Source of the DNA: a virus
Taxonomy: Duplodnaviria > Heunggongvirae > Uroviricota > Caudoviricetes
Direction: 5' to 3' (one strand)
IMG/VR virus record: IMGVR_UViG_2609459792_000007
Length of the DNA stretch: 64,000 bases
Below the pieces are notes generated by a model that did no database searches, was not told where the DNA came from, and saw only the letters and a list, made by a program, of their open reading frames with translations. The position numbers and the translations under genes were made by a program. Positions 28,601 to 37,546 of the stretch are shown one piece after another; positions within the stretch are counted from its first letter, which is position 1, and each line of letters opens with the position of its first letter.

Positions 28601-30184
28601 CTGGACAAAGCTGATCAGCTTATGGGGCAAATGGGTGAAAGCTCTAAGGCTACGGTATCGTTTGATCAGTCTCTTCGCGATACAACGAAATCGCTGACAG
28701 ATTTGGCTAATGCGGTACCTAACGAGTTCATCACTCAAGAGATGATCGACAAGGCGAAAAAACGTCTTGAAGACCTCAAAAATGCGACACCTGAATATCG
28801 CGAGATGTTTAATCGCCGCAATGTTGAGCAGATGATCTCCACTTGGGCACCGGAGGCGGATTCCATTATTAGTGCTGGCTATACGCCGTCTCGCGAAGAG
28901 AAAGTTGCTGATTTCGAAGACACCTACAACCGCAATCTCAAAGCGTTGATAGAACTTCGTGATAAGGCGTCTGATCCTAAAGTTGTGGCGCTTTATACAA
29001 AGAAAATCAATCAACTGATTGCTGCTGGCAATACCGCGCTTATTAAAGAGACGGGGACTGCGACGCAGAAGTTGGCACTGGAATACGAAAATCTGGCAGA
29101 GCAGATCGAAAGCACCTGGACTGATTTGTTTAGTGGCTTAACTGATGTCCTGACTGATTTCGTTATTAACGGGAAGATGAGCTTCTCCAGCCTATCTCAG
29201 TCCATTTTGAAAGATATCACCAATATGGTCGTGAAGTCGCAGATCACGCTGCCTCTAATGAACATGTTGGGGATGGGAACCACCGCAGCTGGTAGTTCAC
29301 AGAGTGGTAATTTGCTCACCGGGGTTGCTTCCGCAGTTGCCAATCAAGGTGTGCGCATAAGCAACACTGTTAATGGCGACAAGTCGGTAGGAGAAGCCAC
29401 GAAGGAGACGTCCAGTTCGGTAACTGGATTGGGGCAAACGACACAGCAGACCACCAGCGCAATTGGCACAGCAACAAATGCGATTGGTAGCTGGGTATCA
29501 GGGCTATTTAATAGCACCGAAGCCAAAGATGCTGAGACAAAAGCAGTGAAGGACTCCATCTTCTCGATGCAGAACCTCAGCTCTGTTACCGGCGCTCTGT
29601 CTGCCGCGTTTGCAATGCTTGGAGCTAATGCTTCCGGCTCTGGTAATAAGTGGTTGAATTTCGGCGCGACAGTTGCATCTGGTTTGGTTTCAGTATGGGC
29701 TGGTGGTGGATTCGATGGATTGATGTCCGGTTCTTCTGGCTCAACTTCCGGGTTCAACAATCTGACCAGTTCTGCTGCCGATGGCACGAATGGTATTCCT
29801 GCAATTCCGAAGTTTGCAAATGGTGGCATATTCGGAAAAGACGGCGTGATCCCGCTCCGGGCATACCAGAAAGGCGGTATCGCCAACTCACCTCAATTGG
29901 CGTTGTTTGGGGAAGGCGATATGAATGAGGCGTATGTTCCATTGCCTGATGGTCGAACAATCCCTGTAACGCTCAGTACCGATGGTATGAGTGGAGGAGG
30001 AAATGTTCTTTCTCCTGTATCAATTGAGATCAACGTCCATAGTGACGGTAGCACAACTGAATCCGGCGATACAGAAAGCATATGGAACAATGCCGCTCAA
30101 CGGATGAAAGCAATCGCGCTTGAGACTATCGCTCAAGAGAAACGCCCTGGCGGATCACTCAACCCAAACACTCAACGTAACTAA
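25613..30184 (+). CDS. tail tape measure protein
   Basis: About 1520-aa mostly alpha-helical protein downstream of G/GT; ATG 25613 with RBS aaggga. Confidence 0.85.
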   Translation: MSQNVEFILSLEDKQFTASIDRAGKLLTRFGEQVTKPAQKIQTFERSLGSVARIIGVLESKLDSTADKLQDVAAGFELASDATRKMRGNITSLNSGLKALIERVDTTTSSVDKLTASLRKVQSELNDFSDWATYASKSASRFGTEAKEASASVSGMNTRLNTTTKRLSNWGVTTSQAAEGLKKVREQMDEVIGRQQLISKPVRVRTSGSGDGGSGRRSGASGHSGKSNEGGMFSGLRGNIFLLGEIGDAARTVTDIMFGWQKPIVEAAAEMERMRVMLRGLNKEKSNPGQAAADDMKYIVDMAQNAPFAMQALTDSFVKFRSAGLDPTDGSLKALVDSVARFGGDSELLKRAAVAVQQMSGKGVVSMEELRQQLGEAVPNAMQAMADAAGITMGELTKAVASGTVEAKQALSLMFVGLRAENENAAKDMMQTYTGALAQLQTSFTLFADRVGQAGYLDSLSKGMKELASIMNSAEGISFANSLGSGLTTAIDGLRQLAQWLAKNQELVINLGKVVAAMVAFKLMRAGIMGVVGAGSQMVSTFATMATAIQTPFNLGATAVTRFNRAARMGLAPIPSLIFAIRGAITGLKGAFAGLTAFIAANPIGAAFTVATVAVAGLITYMTMLRSETSKVVDEIRKIPEAMTAAKRAQMADRAEKLEKQILADQRALKTGEGVNYVSNSAGVITHKESKADIEARLKKNQEEYQKITGTIALGDGAVAKRLAKEAAESQIEKIRAENQIFAATFVKARQEALDKIQKINDDGSLSDDEKNKLLAPLRETVNKSYLEPAQKLVDSLSSRKNATEKQIATLNDQLEKAKKDGNTEQIQKLQGSIRGYQEHLEAVAQELTQAEFERDNAAKTGKGVMSNQGTVLGLGTTDKAAQKALAQYMRNQMDSATYQRTLPDGTPMMDFEGKPIIGPKQLKTQLNLQKASSASSLEKMSDEERAAAIAALTKAREQDAAAAEKAAQRSANASQRAAKKEQAAQQKLAAGYQKALDKADQLMGQMGESSKATVSFDQSLRDTTKSLTDLANAVPNEFITQEMIDKAKKRLEDLKNATPEYREMFNRRNVEQMISTWAPEADSIISAGYTPSREEKVADFEDTYNRNLKALIELRDKASDPKVVALYTKKINQLIAAGNTALIKETGTATQKLALEYENLAEQIESTWTDLFSGLTDVLTDFVINGKMSFSSLSQSILKDITNMVVKSQITLPLMNMLGMGTTAAGSSQSGNLLTGVASAVANQGVRISNTVNGDKSVGEATKETSSSVTGLGQTTQQTTSAIGTATNAIGSWVSGLFNSTEAKDAETKAVKDSIFSMQNLSSVTGALSAAFAMLGANASGSGNKWLNFGATVASGLVSVWAGGGFDGLMSGSSGSTSGFNNLTSSAADGTNGIPAIPKFANGGIFGKDGVIPLRAYQKGGIANSPQLALFGEGDMNEAYVPLPDGRTIPVTLSTDGMSGGGNVLSPVSIEINVHSDGSTTESGDTESIWNNAAQRMKAIALETIAQEKRPGGSLNPNTQRN

Positions 30185-30226
30185 CTATCGACTGCCCCGA
30201 CCGGGGCAGTCTCACAAGGATGTGAG

Positions 30227-30562
30227 ATGGAAAGACAAACGTTTAATTGGTATCCAGATTACGAATCTGAAAAAAGCGTAAAACCGAATGTAACGGTACT
30301 TAATTTTGGTGATGACTACGAGCAGCGACAGGCTCAAGGTCTTAATCGTATTAAAGAAGAATGGTCGTTAACCTTTACCAGATCATACAACGAAATTAAT
30401 GCAATCGATGACTTCCTGACTGAGCGAGCAGGCGTTGAGTCGTTCTATTGGGTTAATCCAAGAGGAAAACGGATTGTAGTTGTATGTGACAGTCATACGG
30501 TCAAGCGATATCAGGGGTACTGTGTCTTAACTGCTACATTCAGACAAGTATTTGAGGCTTAA
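30227..30562 (+). CDS. minor tail protein (lambda M-like position)
   Basis: First ORF after tape measure; preceded by hairpin gactgcccc-gacc-ggggcagtc at 30189-30210. Confidence 0.6.
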   Translation: MERQTFNWYPDYESEKSVKPNVTVLNFGDDYEQRQAQGLNRIKEEWSLTFTRSYNEINAIDDFLTERAGVESFYWVNPRGKRIVVVCDSHTVKRYQGYCVLTATFRQVFEA

Positions 30563-30611
30563 GTATCTGGATAAGTAAGTACTAATTTACTATCATTGTG
30601 GCGCTGACAGG

Positions 30612-31343
30612 ATGTTAGCGCCTACTTATTTCAAGGATGAAACAATGGGAATTAAAGCTGATATTCAGAGCTTATCTCCCTCTGCACTCATTGAGTTGTT
30701 CGTACTGGATATGTCGAACACAACTTCAGGGGGGAAGTTATTCTTCCACGCCGGAACAAACGAACTGATGCAACCGGTCGTCTGGCAAGGAGTGACATAC
30801 GAGCCGTGGCCAATCAAAGCATCAGGCTTTGACAAAACTGGCCAGGGAACGTTGCCACGTCCAAAAATTCAGGTATCGAACTTTGCCGGAACCGTCTCTG
30901 CGGAAGTTCAGGCGAACGACGATCTTGTTGGCTGCCGCATTATTCGCAAGATGACGCTGGCTCGCTTCCTCGATGCCGTTAATTTTAAAGACGGCAACCC
31001 AACAGCAGATCCAAACCAACATTTCCCGGATGAAATGTGGTTTATCGAACAGAAAACTCTCGAAACTCATCAGGTTGTCGAGTTTGAATTGTCCAGTGTG
31101 TTCGATTTGATGGGGGTGCAACTGCCGTATCGTCAGATCATTAAAAACACCTGCCCGTGGAAATACCGAGGGCCAGAATGCGGCTATACCGGTCCATATT
31201 TCGACAAAAATAACCAGCAGACGTCTATGTCTGGTGCGGATTACTGCACAAAACGTTATGACGCCTGTAATGCGCGTCGGAATTATTTTGCCGACGGTGT
31301 GATCCATTTTGGCGGATTTATTGGAGCTACGCGGTATGGGTAA
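30612..31343 (+). CDS. minor tail protein (lambda L-like position)
   Basis: 243-aa ORF with several cysteines; start may be ATG 30645. Confidence 0.6.
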   Translation: MLAPTYFKDETMGIKADIQSLSPSALIELFVLDMSNTTSGGKLFFHAGTNELMQPVVWQGVTYEPWPIKASGFDKTGQGTLPRPKIQVSNFAGTVSAEVQANDDLVGCRIIRKMTLARFLDAVNFKDGNPTADPNQHFPDEMWFIEQKTLETHQVVEFELSSVFDLMGVQLPYRQIIKNTCPWKYRGPECGYTGPYFDKNNQQTSMSGADYCTKRYDACNARRNYFADGVIHFGGFIGATRYG

Positions 31344-32133
31344 TAAAGCAATCCCTGAGCTTGGCTCTGACGTTATGCAGCAAATCTATCTCTGCGCCAT
31401 AAATCGCTACCCTAATGAAGCGTGTGGCTTTCTGGTTAGAACTAATGGCGACAAATATCGCTTTATGGAAGCGCGGAATGTTTCGGAGAACCCGCAGAAC
31501 ACTTTTGTAATGCACGTTGACGACATTATGGCGGCAGAGGATGCGGGTGATGTTATCGCAATCTGGCATTCACATACTGATGAATCAGCAGAAGCATCTG
31601 ATGCCGATCGTGCAGGCTGTGAAGCGACGGAAGTTCCGTGGATGATTCTGGCTATTCGCAAGAATGTTGAGGGAGATGCCCCTTTCCATTTTAGCGAGAT
31701 GAATGTGATCACACCTGATGGTTTCGAAATGCCATACCTGGGCAGACCGTATGTATTTGGCGTATTCGATTGCTGGATGTTGTGTCGGGACTATTTGAAG
31801 CGTGAGTTTAACGTCAAACTAAACCCGAACGCACACCTGCATATTCCATCGTGGTACACCGGCGATAACGACATTCTCGATCAGAACTACCGAAACGAAG
31901 GATTGGTACGGCTTGCGCCCGGAACAGAACCTCAACGTGGGGACGTCTTCTTTATCCAATACGGAAAAATGCCTGACCACTGTGCGGTTTATATCGGCGA
32001 TGGAATGATTCTTCATCACCAGATCGACCGCCTTAGTTGTCGTGCTTATTACGGCGGGATGTATCAGAAACATACGACGCATCACTTGCGTCACAGAGAC
32101 TTGCTCAAGGGAGATGAGACGTGTCTGAGTTAG
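31309..32133 (+). CDS. tail tip assembly protein (lambda K-like; JAB/MPN plus NlpC/P60)
   Basis: JAB-like motif HSHTDESAEASDAD and Cys/His pair (DCWMLC ... HCAVYIGDGMILHH). Confidence 0.7.
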   Translation: MADLLELRGMGNKAIPELGSDVMQQIYLCAINRYPNEACGFLVRTNGDKYRFMEARNVSENPQNTFVMHVDDIMAAEDAGDVIAIWHSHTDESAEASDADRAGCEATEVPWMILAIRKNVEGDAPFHFSEMNVITPDGFEMPYLGRPYVFGVFDCWMLCRDYLKREFNVKLNPNAHLHIPSWYTGDNDILDQNYRNEGLVRLAPGTEPQRGDVFFIQYGKMPDHCAVYIGDGMILHHQIDRLSCRAYYGGMYQKHTTHHLRHRDLLKGDETCLS

Positions 32134-32711
32134 TTCATGTGCAGCTTGGCGGCCCTATGGCCAAACATTTTGGCCGCCACTGGCATCTAAAGGTGCGCAA
32201 TACAAAACAGGCTCTGGATTTAATTGAGGCCAACAAGCCAGGGTTTAAAGCATGGATGAAGCGCAACATCAAAACCTATGACAGATACCACATCCAGATC
32301 ACCAATAAACAGGGCCACAAGTGGTCTGTGGACGAGAGTGAATATCAGATGATGGGGCAGTCTGACAATATTGCAAAAATCCGCATTACCCCTGTTCCGC
32401 GAGGAAGTGGTGGATCTGCTTTTGGATGGTTTCAGACGGTTGTTGGAGCAGTATTAATGGTTGCCTCGATATGGGTGCCCGCTCTTGCGCCTCTCGGTTT
32501 GTCACTGATGATGGGCGGTATAGCGCAAATCATATCTCCGCAAGCCACTAACGAAAGTGTGAGGCAGGCGGATAACTCGAACTCTTATTACTTTGATGGA
32601 CCTCAAAACACAACAAACCAGGGGAACCCTGTACAGCTTATCTATGGCGAGGAAATTTTAGTTGGCTCACAGGTCGTGAGTTCTTCTATCACCATCGACC
32701 AGCTTATGTAA
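32121..32711 (+). CDS. tail assembly protein (lambda I-like)
   Basis: Position between K-like and J-like genes; hydrophobic central segment. Confidence 0.6.
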   Translation: MSELVHVQLGGPMAKHFGRHWHLKVRNTKQALDLIEANKPGFKAWMKRNIKTYDRYHIQITNKQGHKWSVDESEYQMMGQSDNIAKIRITPVPRGSGGSAFGWFQTVVGAVLMVASIWVPALAPLGLSLMMGGIAQIISPQATNESVRQADNSNSYYFDGPQNTTNQGNPVQLIYGEEILVGSQVVSSSITIDQLM

Positions 32712-32722
32712 TCAAGGATTTT

Positions 32723-35700
32723 TTGGACATGGAACAGTTCAAGAAGAAAAAATTACCGCTTCTTATTGCCGGTGCTGGTGGCAAGAAAAGTAAAAGCTCC
32801 AGCCGTACCCCGGTTGAAGCTGATGATACTGTCAATTCTCGTGCTATGGCAGCCATCCTCGACCTTCTTGGCGAGGGGGTTATCGGTGGCCTGGTAAATG
32901 GCGCAAAGTCGATCTTCATCGACGATTTACCGATCTTGAATGAAGATGGCTCTTCCAACTTCAGCGGTATTACATGGGATTTTCGTGACGGCTCACAAGA
33001 CCAGACGCCAATGGCTGGTTTTGATTTTGTTGAAACGCCTAAGTCCGTAAATATTCAGCTTAAAAAAACACACGACGTTACGGTTTCAATCGATAACGAT
33101 GAAGCTGATCGCGTTCGTGTCATCATGAAATTCCCCTCTTTACGTAGCGTTGATAAAAGCTCTGGCGATACAAATGGCACTACGGTGAAGTACAAATTCC
33201 AGATCGCCAACGGAGACGCAACATTTTCTGATGTAGTGGCAGAAGGTGAGAAAAGCGTTGATATCACGCTAACGGCAAAGAAAACAGGCGTGTATTACCG
33301 TAGCTATGAGCTGAAACTACCTAAGCCTGGTCGTGCATACAAGGTTAGGGTGATTCGTCTTACAGATGATAACAGTAGCCAGTACCTCTACAACGACACA
33401 TGGGTTGATTCCATAGGTGAGATTGTCGACACGCCAATGAACTACCCTAACTCTGCTCTTGTTGGCTTGAAGGTCAATTCAGAGCAGTTTGGTAGCACAA
33501 TGCCTTCCCGTTCGTATTTGGTGCGCGGTATCAAAATCCGAGTACCGTCAAACTACAACGAATACACCAATACTTATGTCGGCGTATGGGACGGTACTTT
33601 TAAGCTGTTGTCTTCTTCAAACCCTGCGTGGATTCTCTACGATTTGCTTACCAATACTCGGTATGGTCTTGGGCAATTTGTGTCGGAATCCATGATTGAC
33701 CTCGGCCAGCTCTACCAGATTGGTCGATATTGTGACGAAGAGGTCGATGATGGCTTTGGGGGTAAAGAGAAACGCTTTGCAATCAATACGCAGATCACCA
33801 GTCGACAAGACGCATACCGATTAATTCAGGATATTGCCGGTGCATTCCGCGGCATGGTGTTTTGGGCTGGTGGCATGGTTAACATCATGCAGGATAGCCC
33901 ATCAGATCCGGTAATGATGTTTACCAACTCCAACGTCAAAGATGGACTGTTTACCTATAAAGGTTCTGCGCGTAAAGATCGCCCATCCGTTGCGCTCGTA
34001 ACCTACAACAACAAGGAGGACGGTTATAAGCAAAATATCGAGTACGTTGAAGATCAGGACGCAATGCGCCGTTATGGTGAGCGTAAAACAGAAGTCGTAG
34101 CATTTGGATGTACAAGCCGAGGCCAGGCTCACCGAGTTGGTTTGTGGCTTTTGTATACCGCCAGAATGGAGTCGGATGTAATTACATTTACTGCCGGCTT
34201 AGACGCCTCATTTCTGATGCCCGGTGAAACCGTTCTGATTCAGAACAAATATCGTGCAGGTAAACGTAACTCCGGTCGAATTGTGGAGTTTACCAAAAAC
34301 AGCATCACTCTCGATGCGCCTGTGTCGTTAGCTAAAAGCGGCAGCTTTATTCGGATATTGAATCAGGAAGGCAAAATCGTTGAACGTGATGTTCTTGAAA
34401 CTGGCGAAAACATAACAAAGGTTACGTTTTCAAAAGCTCTGTCGTCAGCGGAAACGCCTGTTTTGAACGGTGTCTGGACAATTACAGAACCAGATCTCGA
34501 ACCTATGCGCGTTCGCATCGTTAACATCGCGCAGGGGGAAACGCCGGGTAGCTTTGACATCACCGCTGTTGAGAACAATCCGTCTAAATATGAGGCAATC
34601 GACAATGGTGCAACGCTTATCCCGCAGAATACGACGGTATTGGACCCGACTTACTCTAAGCCATCTAATTTGCAAATCACTGAAGGGACTTATCTCTCAA
34701 GCCCGGGCAACCTGTCAGTAAAACTGACTGCAACATGGGAAGGAAAATCTCCAGAGTATTGGATCAGTTGGCGACGTTCTGATGAAAACAATGTATCGAA
34801 CTGGCAATCGGCGCGTGTAACCGAAGAGCAATACGAAATCGTTAATGTCGCGGAGAATGGACGCTACGACTTCCAACTGTATGCGGTTTCATTCAACGGT
34901 AAAAAAACAGAGATTATCAGTACCGTTTATCAGGTGTTGGGCACAATGACACCGCCGGATGCCCCAACGTCATTAACGGCCGTTGGAGACTATCGTAATG
35001 TGATACTGAATTGGGTTAATCCAGATTCGGTAGACCTTGATCACATTAATGTTTACGCATCCCAGACCAACAATCTGGATACGGCGAAACTGATCGCAGA
35101 GTCTGCAAGCACCACCTTTACACATGCTGGTCTTGGGGATAGCGAAACGTGGTATTACTGGGTTCGAGCATCGAACAAGCGAGGTATGTTAAGCCCTCCG
35201 AACTCAAACTTGGGTACAGAGGCGACAACTCGCGATGTACTGTCGTTCCTGGCTGGCAAAATTACATCTTCCGAGCTTGGTCAGGCTCTGCTTGAGGACA
35301 TCAACAGTAAAGCCTCTCAAGAAGCAGTTGACGAGTTAAATGAGCATATCAACCAGAGCGTCGAATCTTTGGAGGGGTCGGTAAACGACGTTAAGGAAGA
35401 TATAGCTGAATTAGATAAGCAGTTCAGCGATAACCTCGCGGGTTTTGAAATAAAATTCAACGAGCGTAGCGATGCTTTGGAGAACGCACAAACCGAGCTT
35501 AAAGGTGAGGTTTCGGCAACGATCGACAAGGTCAATGAAGCGTTTGAAAAAATTGATGCTACTGATGCTGCAATTGTTGAAATCGAAAACACCGTATCTG
35601 AACACGATAAAGCTCTCGCTAATACAGTCGAGGCAATAAAGGCTGCAAGAGACGAAGCGGCGGCTCTTATTGCTAAGGAAAGCGAGGCTCGTGTAGAAGG

Positions 35701-37453
35701 TGATGCCGCAAACGCTAAACAACTGGAAGTGTTGCAGTCGACGGTAGAGGAAAGTTCCGCAGCTGTTGAAGAAATGAAAAAGACGGTTGCAGAGGTCGAT
35801 CGTGCCAGTGCAGAACTGACTACGAACATTGAGGCGTTAGCCAAAACAAATATTGACCTGGCTCTTCGTCAAGATGAAGACCAGCACAAGCAGATGGTCA
35901 ATAACGCGAAGATCGCAACAACACAGAAAACCTTTGCTGATGATATGTCTGCAATGGCCACGAAGGTTGAGGAAATTCGCGTAGAAATTGGCGAAGACAT
36001 TAAGGCCAGTATTCTGGAAGAGTCCACCGCTCGTGCCGATGGCGATGAAGCGTTGGCAAAGCGTGTCACTCAGCTGCAATCTAAGTTTGAAGGAGATATC
36101 AGCGCGGCGATTAGTACAGAACAGGAGGCTCGTACATCTGCCGATGAAGCTTTGACGAAACAAATAACTCAGCTTGAGTCGAAAGTAAGCAACGATATTG
36201 TCGCAGCCATTAAGGAAGAGCAAGAAGCCCGAGCAACGGAAGATTCGGCTCTGGCAAGCCAGATCACCCAACTTCAGGCAAAAGTTGATGATGATATTTC
36301 TGCTGCAATACGCAGTGAGCAGGAGGCGCGTGCGAGCGGAGACTCTGCGTTAGCTAAACAAATAAACCAGCTTCAAGCAAAGGTTGACGGTGATATATCC
36401 GCCGCCATCACTCAGGAGCAGGAGGCCAGAGCAAGTGCTGACGAGGCGCTCTCACGAGAAATTAACAGCCTGCGGGCGCAGACCGGAACTGACATTGCCG
36501 CAGCCGTTGCTGTAGAGACAAAGGCAAGGACTGACGCCGATAGTGCATTGTCCAGCCAGATTACATCTCTTACAGCAAAAGCTAATGATCTCGAGGCGTC
36601 TCTTGCCAAAGAAACAACGGCTCGTGCAGATGGCGATACCGCTTTAACAAAAGAGGTTTCAAGTTTAAAAGCACAGACTGCGAAAGATATTAGTGCGGCC
36701 GTTGCAGTGGAAACGCAGGCTCGAACTGATGCTGACTCGGCGCTATCGTCTCAGATCACCAAGCTGACCTCTCAATACAAAGAGGATATTAAAGCGGCTG
36801 TAGCAACCGAAACGAAAACGCGTACAGAGCAAGATGCGGCACTGGCGACTCAAATCACAAACTTAGAGTCTCAAACAGCAGCCAACATTTCTGCGGCGGT
36901 CACAACTGAAACGACAGCGAGAACGCAGGCAGATAATGCACTAAGTGGGCGAATCGATACTCTGAAAGCAGAGGTGGATGGAAATACCGCGACAATTCAA
37001 CAGCAGGCAACAGCCATTGCTGATACCAACAAAAAAGTCTCAACCGCGTGGACGTTGAAAATGGAGACTTCAACGAGCGGAGGGCAGAAGTATGTTGCCG
37101 GTATTGCGCTTGGTATCGACACCACCGGTCTTTCTCAGTTTTTGGTGCAGGCGGACAGATTTGGTTTGGTCAACTCTGTTAACGGGAAGATCACCACGCC
37201 ATTTGTTATCGAAAACAGTATCGCCTATATGAATGGTGCGTATATCAAGGATGGCACAATCACCAATGCAAAAGTAGGCGATCTGCAATCTACCAATTTT
37301 GTTAGCGGTAGATCTGGATGGCGGTTCGGCAAAAATGGAACGCTTGAGATCAACGGTAATAGCGGCGGCAATGGGCGACTGGTCATAAATGGTCAGCGGA
37401 TTGACGTTTATGACGATAACAACGTCCTACGAGTAAGAATTGGCCTTCTGTGA
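32723..37453 (+). CDS. tail tip / host specificity protein (lambda J-like) with internal tandem repeats
   Basis: 1576-aa ORF after the M/L/K/I-like series; central block of about ten 33-aa repeats. Confidence 0.8.
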   Translation: MDMEQFKKKKLPLLIAGAGGKKSKSSSRTPVEADDTVNSRAMAAILDLLGEGVIGGLVNGAKSIFIDDLPILNEDGSSNFSGITWDFRDGSQDQTPMAGFDFVETPKSVNIQLKKTHDVTVSIDNDEADRVRVIMKFPSLRSVDKSSGDTNGTTVKYKFQIANGDATFSDVVAEGEKSVDITLTAKKTGVYYRSYELKLPKPGRAYKVRVIRLTDDNSSQYLYNDTWVDSIGEIVDTPMNYPNSALVGLKVNSEQFGSTMPSRSYLVRGIKIRVPSNYNEYTNTYVGVWDGTFKLLSSSNPAWILYDLLTNTRYGLGQFVSESMIDLGQLYQIGRYCDEEVDDGFGGKEKRFAINTQITSRQDAYRLIQDIAGAFRGMVFWAGGMVNIMQDSPSDPVMMFTNSNVKDGLFTYKGSARKDRPSVALVTYNNKEDGYKQNIEYVEDQDAMRRYGERKTEVVAFGCTSRGQAHRVGLWLLYTARMESDVITFTAGLDASFLMPGETVLIQNKYRAGKRNSGRIVEFTKNSITLDAPVSLAKSGSFIRILNQEGKIVERDVLETGENITKVTFSKALSSAETPVLNGVWTITEPDLEPMRVRIVNIAQGETPGSFDITAVENNPSKYEAIDNGATLIPQNTTVLDPTYSKPSNLQITEGTYLSSPGNLSVKLTATWEGKSPEYWISWRRSDENNVSNWQSARVTEEQYEIVNVAENGRYDFQLYAVSFNGKKTEIISTVYQVLGTMTPPDAPTSLTAVGDYRNVILNWVNPDSVDLDHINVYASQTNNLDTAKLIAESASTTFTHAGLGDSETWYYWVRASNKRGMLSPPNSNLGTEATTRDVLSFLAGKITSSELGQALLEDINSKASQEAVDELNEHINQSVESLEGSVNDVKEDIAELDKQFSDNLAGFEIKFNERSDALENAQTELKGEVSATIDKVNEAFEKIDATDAAIVEIENTVSEHDKALANTVEAIKAARDEAAALIAKESEARVEGDAANAKQLEVLQSTVEESSAAVEEMKKTVAEVDRASAELTTNIEALAKTNIDLALRQDEDQHKQMVNNAKIATTQKTFADDMSAMATKVEEIRVEIGEDIKASILEESTARADGDEALAKRVTQLQSKFEGDISAAISTEQEARTSADEALTKQITQLESKVSNDIVAAIKEEQEARATEDSALASQITQLQAKVDDDISAAIRSEQEARASGDSALAKQINQLQAKVDGDISAAITQEQEARASADEALSREINSLRAQTGTDIAAAVAVETKARTDADSALSSQITSLTAKANDLEASLAKETTARADGDTALTKEVSSLKAQTAKDISAAVAVETQARTDADSALSSQITKLTSQYKEDIKAAVATETKTRTEQDAALATQITNLESQTAANISAAVTTETTARTQADNALSGRIDTLKAEVDGNTATIQQQATAIADTNKKVSTAWTLKMETSTSGGQKYVAGIALGIDTTGLSQFLVQADRFGLVNSVNGKITTPFVIENSIAYMNGAYIKDGTITNAKVGDLQSTNFVSGRSGWRFGKNGTLEINGNSGGNGRLVINGQRIDVYDDNNVLRVRIGLL
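35990..36980 (+). repeat. about ten tandem 99-bp (33-codon) repeats inside the J-like gene
   Basis: Repeating EQEARxxADxALxxQITxLxxKVxxDISAAI units. Confidence 0.8.
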
Positions 37454-37482
37454 TGGTAGAAAAAAATATTTATATCGGTAAA

Positions 37483-37525
37483 AATAAGTAGGTACTTACT
37501 TAATGGTGGGCAAGGATAGCCCACC
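37483..37525. promoter_or_regulatory. family B motif plus GGTGGGC hairpin upstream of fibre gene
   Basis: aaataagtaggtacttactta then ggtgggc-aaggata-gcccacc, then RBS aaggag. Confidence 0.5.
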
Positions 37526-37546
37526 AAATCAAGGAGCATATTCAAC

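Noticed and set aside
25985-29014. Several minus-strand ORFs (up to 180 aa) inside the tape measure gene
   Set aside because: Antisense to a long, well-supported CDS and low-complexity in translation.
35990-36980. Possible CRISPR array suggested by regular repeats
   Set aside because: The repeats are in-frame 99-bp coding units of the J-like protein with no short conserved repeat and variable spacer structure, and no cas genes are present.
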